Origin: Halomicrobium mukohataei DSM 12286
GTDB taxonomy: Archaea; Halobacteriota; Halobacteria; Halobacteriales; Haloarculaceae
Reading direction: 5' to 3'
DNA: 32,000 nucleotides
Assembly (NCBI RefSeq): GCF_000023965.1
Contig: NC_013202.1
Location: 2,070,001-2,102,000, forward strand
Both the position numbers and the translations under genes were made by a program. The stretch's first letter is position 1. Every line of letters starts with the position of its first letter. The notes below the pieces were generated by a model. That model did not search any database. It saw only the letters and a program-made list of their open reading frames with translations, and was not told the DNA's origin. Shown here piece after piece: positions 8,927 to 17,030 of this stretch.

Positions 8927-10630
8927 ATGTACGACGAGGCCGACCTGGCAGCCATCCGGGAGGCGAAAGCCGACTGGGAGGCCGAGACGCTCGATCCAGT
9001 ACTGGACGCCTACGGCGAGCGAGCCGAGCGGTTCGCTACCGTCTCGAATCGCGCGGTCGACAGACTGTACACGCCGGCCGACGTTGCCGATCTCGACTAC
9101 GAGCGCGATCTCGGCTTCCCAGGCGAGGAGCCGTACACCCGCGGCGTCTATCCGACGATGTACCGTGGCCGCCAGTGGACGATGCGCCAGTTCGCCGGCT
9201 TCGGCACGGCTCGGGAGACCAACGAGCGCTTTCAGTACCTGATCGACGAGGGCCAGACGGGGCTCTCGACGGCCTTCGACATGCCCACGCTGATGGGGAT
9301 CGACTCGGACGACCGCATGGCCGAGGGCGAGGTCGGCAAGGAGGGCGTCGCCGTCGACACGCTCCGGGACGTGGAGATCCTCTTCGACGGGATCGACCTC
9401 GCCGAGATCTCGACGAGTTTCACCATCAACCCCAGCGCACCCGTGATCTACGCGATGTACGTCGCGCTCGCGGACCGCCGCGGCGTCGACCGCACGGAGC
9501 TTCGCGGGACTCTCCAGAACGACATGTTCAAGGAGTTCATCGCACAGAAAGAGTGGGTCGTTCCCCCGGAGCCGTCGCTGGGGCTCGTGACCGACGTGAT
9601 CGAGTTCGCCACCGAGGAGACGCCGTCGTTCAAGCCGGTCTCGGTCTCGGGCTATCACATCCGCGAGGCCGGATCGACGGCCACGCAGGAACTGGCCTTC
9701 ACGCTCGCCGACGGCTTCGCGTACGTCGAGGACTGTCTCGACCGGGGCCTCGACGTGGACACGTTCGCCCCGCAGCTCTCCTTTTTCTTCAACTCGCACA
9801 ACTCGATCTTCGAGGAGGTCGCGAAGTTCCGGGCCGCGCGGCGGATCTACGCGCGGGTCATGGACGAGTGGTACGACGCGAGCGAACCGGCCGCCAAGCA
9901 GCTGAAGTTCCACACCCAGACCGCTGGCCAGTCACTGACCGCCCAGCAGCCGCTGAACAACGTCGTCAGGGTGACCATTCAGGCGCTGGCCGGCGTGCTC
10001 GGCGGAACCCAGAGCCTGCACACGAACAGCTTCGACGAGGCGCTCGCCCTGCCCAGCGAGAAGGCGGTCCGAGTCGCGCTGCGGACCCAGCAGATCATCG
10101 GCGAGGAGTCCGGCGCTGCGGACATCGTCGATCCGTTGGGCGGGAGCTTCGCCGTCGAGGCGCTGACCGACGAGATCGAGGCGGACGCGATGGCGTACAT
10201 CGAACACGTCAGGGACGAACTGGGCGACGGCTCCATGCGAGCGGGCGTCCTCGCGGGGATCGAGGACGGGTACTTCCAGCGAGAGATACAGGACGCCGCC
10301 TACGAGTACCAGGAACGCGTCGAGGACGGCGAGGAGACCGTCGTCGGCGTCAACGCCTACGCGGTCGAGGAGGAGACCGAACCCGATCTCCTGCAGGTCG
10401 AGGACCGCGTGCAAGAACAGCAACGCGAGCGTCTCGCGACGGTCCGAGACGAACGCGACGACGAGGCCGTCGACGCGGCGCTCGAACGGGTCCGCGAGGC
10501 GGCCGTCGGCGGCGAGAACGTGATGCCCGCGATCGTCGAGGCCGTCAAAGTCGAGGCGACGATGGGCGAGATCATGGGCGTCTTCGAGGACGAGTACGGG
10601 AACTACCGGGAGACGATCGGGGCCGCGTGA
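8927..10630 (+). CDS. mcmA: Methylmalonyl-CoA mutase large (catalytic) subunit
   Basis: 567 aa from ATG 8927. YTRGVYPTMYRGRQWTMRQFAGFGT, GLSTAFDMPTLMG and SGYHIREAGSTATQELAFTLADG are hallmark acyl-CoA mutase TIM-barrel segments. No B12-binding domain is present, so the small subunit is encoded elsewhere. The upstream extension to 8777 overlaps the preceding gene. Confidence 0.9.
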   Translation: MYDEADLAAIREAKADWEAETLDPVLDAYGERAERFATVSNRAVDRLYTPADVADLDYERDLGFPGEEPYTRGVYPTMYRGRQWTMRQFAGFGTARETNERFQYLIDEGQTGLSTAFDMPTLMGIDSDDRMAEGEVGKEGVAVDTLRDVEILFDGIDLAEISTSFTINPSAPVIYAMYVALADRRGVDRTELRGTLQNDMFKEFIAQKEWVVPPEPSLGLVTDVIEFATEETPSFKPVSVSGYHIREAGSTATQELAFTLADGFAYVEDCLDRGLDVDTFAPQLSFFFNSHNSIFEEVAKFRAARRIYARVMDEWYDASEPAAKQLKFHTQTAGQSLTAQQPLNNVVRVTIQALAGVLGGTQSLHTNSFDEALALPSEKAVRVALRTQQIIGEESGAADIVDPLGGSFAVEALTDEIEADAMAYIEHVRDELGDGSMRAGVLAGIEDGYFQREIQDAAYEYQERVEDGEETVVGVNAYAVEEETEPDLLQVEDRVQEQQRERLATVRDERDDEAVDAALERVREAAVGGENVMPAIVEAVKVEATMGEIMGVFEDEYGNYRETIGAA

Positions 10631-10684
10631 CGCGGTCGAGCACCGCCCGGAACGTTTATTCTTTCCCGACAGGTCGTCTGTGAC

Positions 10685-11527
10685 GTGAAGCCCACTGGTG
10701 CCCTCTCGACCGGTATCGATACCCTCCGCAGACAGCCCCAGATCGTCGCGATCCTCTTCGCGTTCTCGCTGCTGAGCACCGGACTGTCCGCCGTTCAGTT
10801 CGTCAATCCGCTGCTCGCGTATCCGGCGACAGGGGTCGTCTACCTGTTGCTACCGTTCCTCGTCGGCGGACTCGTCGCCTACGTGGCGGCGTCGATGACG
10901 GATTCGCCGTCGTTCGAGCAGTTCCTCGCGGCCGGCCGGGACCACTACGTCGGCCTCCTTCTGGGCGGACTGCTCCTCGGTGTCGTCACGCTCGTCGTCT
11001 ACGTTCTCGTCGCGATCGTCTTCTTCGTGGCAGTCGTCTTGGTGTTCGGGGCCGCGCTCAACACCGGGTTGGGGGCCGCGACCCTTTCGGTGGTCGTGCT
11101 CCTCTCGCTGGTCGGTTTCCTCGTCGTGCTGGTCCCGTGGTTCTTCTCGCAGTTTTTCCCCGCGGCGATGGTGCTTGACGGCGACGGCGTCGCCGACTCG
11201 TTCCGTCGAAGCGTCTCGCTCGTCCGCTCGAACGCCGTGTCGGTCGTCGGGTTCGACCTGATCGCGTTCGTCATTGGCCTGCTCGTACAGACTCCGACCG
11301 CGTTCCTGTTCTACAGTAGTTTCGACTCGATGGCACTCGACGCCCGGTCCAGAACCGGGATGGTCTCGGTCTTCGATTACATGTCGACCACCGAAGTCGG
11401 CCTGTTTCTCGGTTCGAGTCTCGTGATCAGTACGGTCGTCGGATCGATCATGTACGCGTACTACGTCGCCTACTACCGTGAGATCGGCGACGCCTCGTCG
11501 GCGGCGACCGACACGACCAGGCTGTAA
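10685..11527 (+). CDS. Polytopic membrane protein, function unknown
   Basis: 280 aa with about 6 hydrophobic segments. GTG start, with TTTATT (10655-10660) ~27 nt upstream. No catalytic motif recognised. Confidence 0.6.
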   Translation: MKPTGALSTGIDTLRRQPQIVAILFAFSLLSTGLSAVQFVNPLLAYPATGVVYLLLPFLVGGLVAYVAASMTDSPSFEQFLAAGRDHYVGLLLGGLLLGVVTLVVYVLVAIVFFVAVVLVFGAALNTGLGAATLSVVVLLSLVGFLVVLVPWFFSQFFPAAMVLDGDGVADSFRRSVSLVRSNAVSVVGFDLIAFVIGLLVQTPTAFLFYSSFDSMALDARSRTGMVSVFDYMSTTEVGLFLGSSLVISTVVGSIMYAYYVAYYREIGDASSAATDTTRL

Positions 11528-11554
11528 CGCCGCTCGACACTCCCGTCTTTGCTC

Positions 11555-11596
11555 TCCAGTGATCGTTCGCCTCCACTGGATCGACGCTCGCTTTTG
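11555..11596 (+). terminator. Candidate terminator: hairpin TCCAGTG-N12-CACTGGA followed by GCTTTTG
   Basis: 7-bp inverted repeat at 11555-11561 / 11574-11580, then a T-run at 11592-11595. It lies 28 nt after the stop of the membrane-protein gene. Confidence 0.35.
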
Positions 11597-11777
11597 ACCG
11601 GAGATCCCGGCGGTTGAGCCGTAGGTGTTTCAGAGTGGTAAGGTGAATGGCTTCGCAGTGCCTGCCTGCCATTCGTTTGTCACTGGGAAACGAGATGCCA
11701 GTATCTATACAGATCATGTCGCTTGGAATAACTTAATACGGTTCCACTGTGAGCACCTGTATGAGGTATATTTAATC

Positions 11778-13775
<1,998 letters not shown>

Positions 13776-13787
13776 TCACCCGACTGC

Positions 13788-14051
13788 CTACTCTTTTCTG
13801 GCGTCGTCGTCGAAGTTGTTCGCGACGTACACCACCAGCGCCAGCAACACTCCCAGCCCGGTCCCGATCGTCACCATCCCGAAGACGGCGACGCCGACCG
13901 GCGTCGGCGGCAGCGCGACGACGCCGAACAGCTCCGGTTCGAGCGTCTCGTCGGTCGCCCAGGCGAGTACGTACCCCATCACGCCCGTCAGCGCCACGAT
14001 GATCAGGTAGAGTCTGACGACGAGTCGATCGCCACGCAGCGTGCCACTCAC
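13788..14051 (-). CDS. Small two-TM membrane protein, unknown function
   Basis: 87 aa, GTG start. Two clear hydrophobic helices and an acidic C-terminus. Convergent with acs (12-nt gap). Confidence 0.5.
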   Translation of the reverse strand: MSGTLRGDRLVVRLYLIIVALTGVMGYVLAWATDETLEPELFGVVALPPTPVGVAVFGMVTIGTGLGVLLALVVYVANNFDDDARKE

Positions 14052-14108
14052 GATTTCCTCTCGGGAGCGAGTCGATTAGCCTTTTTCGCTCCAGTGCCAA
14101 GGGCCGCC

Positions 14109-14201
14109 ATGGCCGAAAAAGACCTCCTCTTTCTCGTGCTCGCCGGGATCGCGTCGCTGATGTTCATCACCGGGATCATCCTCATCTCGGGCGGCGTGTA
14201 G
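14109..14201 (+). CDS. Tentative micro-ORF: 30-aa single-TM peptide (MAEKDLLFLVLAGIASLMFITGIILISGGV)
   Basis: ATG 14109 to TAG 14199-14201. It falls below the ORF-track size cut-off. Uninterrupted hydrophobic helix after a charged MAEKD N-terminus. Sits in the otherwise unassigned 182-nt gap beside the oxidase gene. No homology evidence available. Confidence 0.3.
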   Translation: MAEKDLLFLVLAGIASLMFITGIILISGGV

Positions 14202-14233
14202 ACGATCGGCAAATCGAAAAGAGACGGATCGAA

Positions 14234-16030
14234 TTACCGTTCGTCCGACTGCTGGCCGGGCTGTCCGCCGTCTGCCATCACGGACTCGTCCTCTTCGCCG
14301 CCGTCGGCGAGGGCGGTCTCACGCTGTTCTTTGAACCAGCTGAACTCGTTGCCCAGCATGTCGTTCTCTTCGAGGTTCCACGGGTCGTGGCTCTCGACGC
14401 GGCGACCTTCGAGCCAGGAGGTCACGACGTTCCAGACGAAGATGAGCTGTCCGACCAGCAGGATGAACGCGCCCACGGTCGCCAGCTGGTGGAACGTCGT
14501 CACCTGCGCGAGCGGTGCGATGGCACCGTCGAAGTTGTAGGTCGCGTAGCGGCGCGGCATACCGAGGTAGCCAAGCGCCAGCATCGCGAAGAAGGTGACG
14601 TTGGTGCCGATCATCGACAGCCAGAAGTGGGCCTTTCCGAGCGTCTTCTGGTACATCCGCCCGGAGACGATCGGGAACCAGTAGTAGATGCCGGCGAAGA
14701 CGGCGAAGCCGATCGCACCCATCACGATGTAGTGGAAGTGACCGACCACGTAGTAGGTGTCGTGGAGCACGAGGTCGACGGGGATCGACGCCAGGAAGAC
14801 GCCGGTGACACCGCCGATGATGAAGTTCGAGACGAAGCCGATACAGAACAGCATCGGCGTCGTCAGGCGAAGCTGTCCGTTCCACATCGTCGTGATCCAG
14901 TTGAACGTCTTGACGGCGCTGGGGATCGCGATGGCCAACGAGACCGCCATGAAGGAGGCGCGCAGCCGCGGGTCCATCCCGGTCGAGAACATGTGGTGGG
15001 CCCAGACGCCAAAGGAGAGCACGCCGATCGCCAGCGTGGAGTAGACGACGAATTTGAAGCCGAACAGCTTCCGGCCGGAGAACTTCGGGAGGATGTAGCT
15101 GACCAGTCCCATCGGCGGGAGCACGAGGATGTACACCTCGGGGTGGCCGAAGAACCAGAACAGGTGTTGCCACAGCATCGTCCCGCCGTTCCCGGTTGCG
15201 AAGAACGTCGTCGCGAGATTCCGGTCGAGCAGGAGCATGATCATCGCGCTGCCAAGCAGCGGGAAGGCAAAGAGGATCAGTCCCGACTGGGTGAGGACCG
15301 TCCAGCTGAAGATGTCGAGGTTGGCCCAGTTCACGCCGTCACCGCGCTCGGTGAAGATGGTCGCGATGAAGTTGATCGCGCCCATCGTCGCTGCGACCCC
15401 GGAGAGGTGTAGGCCCAGCAACATCAGGTCGACGCCGGGGTTGGCCTGTTCGGCCGACAGCGGCGTGTACATCGTCCAGGCCGTCTGTGCGGGCTCGATC
15501 TCGTTGCCCGTCAGCGGCGCGGTGAAAAAGCCCGCCCAGATCAGGAGTGCGGCCGGCGGGAGCAACCAGAACGCGATCGCGTTGATCCGCGGGAACGCCA
15601 TGTCGTCGGCCCCGATCAACAGCGGGACGAAGTAGTTCGCGAACGCGGCCAGGATCGGCGTCCCGAACAGGAACAGCATCGTGATCCCGTGGCTCGTCAG
15701 GAGCGAGTTGTAGTAGCTGTTCCCGACGATGACGCCGCCGGGCAGCGTCAGCTGCACCCGGATCAACATCGCCATGATGCCACCGACGGCGAAGGCAACC
15801 ACGGCGTAGACGCCGTAGAGGATCCCGATGTCTTTGTGGTCGACCGTCGTGAGCCAGCGCACGAGCCCACCCGGTTTCTCTGCGTGTCCGTGTCCCGTCG
15901 CCTCGCCGTAGCCCCCACCGCTCGCGAGGGGCGTGTACGACCGCCAGTCCTCGGCTCGCGCGAGGGCCCCGACGATCACGACGAGGAGAACGGCCATGAG
16001 TCCGGTCAGTACTAACTGCTCTCCTGCCAT
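14234..16030 (-). CDS. coxA: Haem-copper (cytochrome c/quinol) oxidase subunit I
   Basis: 598 aa with 12+ TM helices. Signature WFFGHPEVYILVLP, plus GVWAHHMF and VVGHFHYIVMG His ligand motifs. Confidence 0.95.
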   Translation of the reverse strand: MAGEQLVLTGLMAVLLVVIVGALARAEDWRSYTPLASGGGYGEATGHGHAEKPGGLVRWLTTVDHKDIGILYGVYAVVAFAVGGIMAMLIRVQLTLPGGVIVGNSYYNSLLTSHGITMLFLFGTPILAAFANYFVPLLIGADDMAFPRINAIAFWLLPPAALLIWAGFFTAPLTGNEIEPAQTAWTMYTPLSAEQANPGVDLMLLGLHLSGVAATMGAINFIATIFTERGDGVNWANLDIFSWTVLTQSGLILFAFPLLGSAMIMLLLDRNLATTFFATGNGGTMLWQHLFWFFGHPEVYILVLPPMGLVSYILPKFSGRKLFGFKFVVYSTLAIGVLSFGVWAHHMFSTGMDPRLRASFMAVSLAIAIPSAVKTFNWITTMWNGQLRLTTPMLFCIGFVSNFIIGGVTGVFLASIPVDLVLHDTYYVVGHFHYIVMGAIGFAVFAGIYYWFPIVSGRMYQKTLGKAHFWLSMIGTNVTFFAMLALGYLGMPRRYATYNFDGAIAPLAQVTTFHQLATVGAFILLVGQLIFVWNVVTSWLEGRRVESHDPWNLEENDMLGNEFSWFKEQRETALADGGEEDESVMADGGQPGQQSDER

Positions 16031-16051
16031 GGGTGTGCCTCAGGTTTGGGG

Positions 16052-16061
16052 CATAATGAAA
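16052..16061 (-). promoter_or_regulatory. TATA-like box (minus strand TTTCATTATG) for coxA
   Basis: AT-rich decamer centred ~26 nt upstream of the coxA ATG (16030). Confidence 0.35.
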
Positions 16062-16130
16062 GGGTCGGTTCAACTTGAAAGGGCGACCGAACGGATTCGA
16101 AGAGAGCGACGAACACGACACAGTCGGGAC

Positions 16131-16213
16131 TCATACTGCCGGCTGTACCTTCGTTCAGATATTCGCCACCCGGGGTGGCGAAATCCGTGTCAGATGTACA
16201 GCTGGTGGTATCA
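16131..16213. repeat. Long-hairpin palindromic element, copy 1 (TCA-flanked; MITE/REP-like or structured RNA)
   Basis: TCA|TACTGCCGGCTGTAC...TTCGCCACCC-G-GGGTGGCGAA...GTACAGCTGGTGGTA|TCA. 16-position outer stem and a 10+10 central palindrome. Related copies at 23530-23613 and 23643-23727. Confidence 0.75.
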
Positions 16214-16244
16214 GAACTGTCGGCGCAACGCGAGAAAAGCGGCG

Positions 16245-16490
16245 TTACTCGGCGTGCTCTTCGCCCTGCTGTTCGGCCCCTTCGATCGCTTTGCCGGTGT
16301 AGTACGAGAGAATCGCCAGCCCCGCGAACATCGAGCCGATCAGCGCGAACTGCATCGTACTGAACACCGGATCGACGCCGAACGCCGGGACGACGGCGAA
16401 GGCCGCGATGAAAAAGAGGAGGATCCCCAGTGGGATCGCGTTGACGGTCAGATCCAGGAGCGTCTCTTTCTCGAAACCGAGCAGTGACAT
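16245..16490 (-). CDS. Small membrane protein of the cox neighbourhood (two TM)
   Basis: 81 aa, ATG start, two hydrophobic helices and an acidic tail (EGAEQQGEEHAE). As I recall, small genes of this kind upstream of coxA are annotated 'cox cluster protein' in haloarchaea. Confidence 0.6.
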   Translation of the reverse strand: MSLLGFEKETLLDLTVNAIPLGILLFFIAAFAVVPAFGVDPVFSTMQFALIGSMFAGLAILSYYTGKAIEGAEQQGEEHAE

Positions 16491-16539
16491 ACCTGGTCGT
16501 TAGCGAACGGCGACTAATAGCTCTTTGATTTTCCGTCGG

Positions 16540-16935
16540 TCAGACCGTCGTCTGCTCGGCGACCGAGGCGACGCTCCCGGCTGCCGCGAGGATCACGCCG
16601 GCAGCCACGATAGCGACGCTGCGCGAGAGGAGACCGTCTCGTCCGAAGTTCTCCAGGGTGACCGTCGCCAGCGGGACCTGCCAGACGACGAGCGCGAGTC
16701 CGGCGACGGCAAGGAGTCCACCGAAGCCCAGCAGCGTCGGCCACGGGCGGGACGTGTACCCCGACTCCGTCAGGATGCCGGCGATACTGCCACCGAACAA
16801 CACCAGTCCGAACACTGCGACGGTAAACAGGCCCAGGAAGACCCCGACCTCCGAGACGACCAGTCCCAGAGCGACGAACAGCGGCCACGGGCTCGCTCGA
16901 CCGTACTGATCGCTCAATCCCGGCTCCTCGTTCAT
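16540..16935 (-). CDS. Small membrane protein of the cox neighbourhood (about 4 TM)
   Basis: 131 aa from internal ATG (cat 16933-16935; MNEEPGLSDQYGRASPWPLF...). The 26-codon basic extension to 17013 in the track would remove the divergent promoter space. Hydrophobic throughout. Confidence 0.6.
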   Translation of the reverse strand: MNEEPGLSDQYGRASPWPLFVALGLVVSEVGVFLGLFTVAVFGLVLFGGSIAGILTESGYTSRPWPTLLGFGGLLAVAGLALVVWQVPLATVTLENFGRDGLLSRSVAIVAAGVILAAAGSVASVAEQTTV

Positions 16936-17030
16936 ACGCGCGTTTGCGGGCGAGGAAACATAGTCCCGTCGGAGTCGTCGTGCCAGACCGGGCGCAAAGT
17001 ATTTGTCCCGCATGCGGCTTGTGGGTTACA

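Noticed and set aside
7075-8955. 626-aa minus-strand ORF spanning the DHH and CBS-ParB genes
   Set aside because: It is antisense to two genes with clear catalytic or domain motifs. The translation is Arg/Val/Gly-rich and basic, unlike the acidic host proteome. Long stop-free antisense frames are expected at this GC content.
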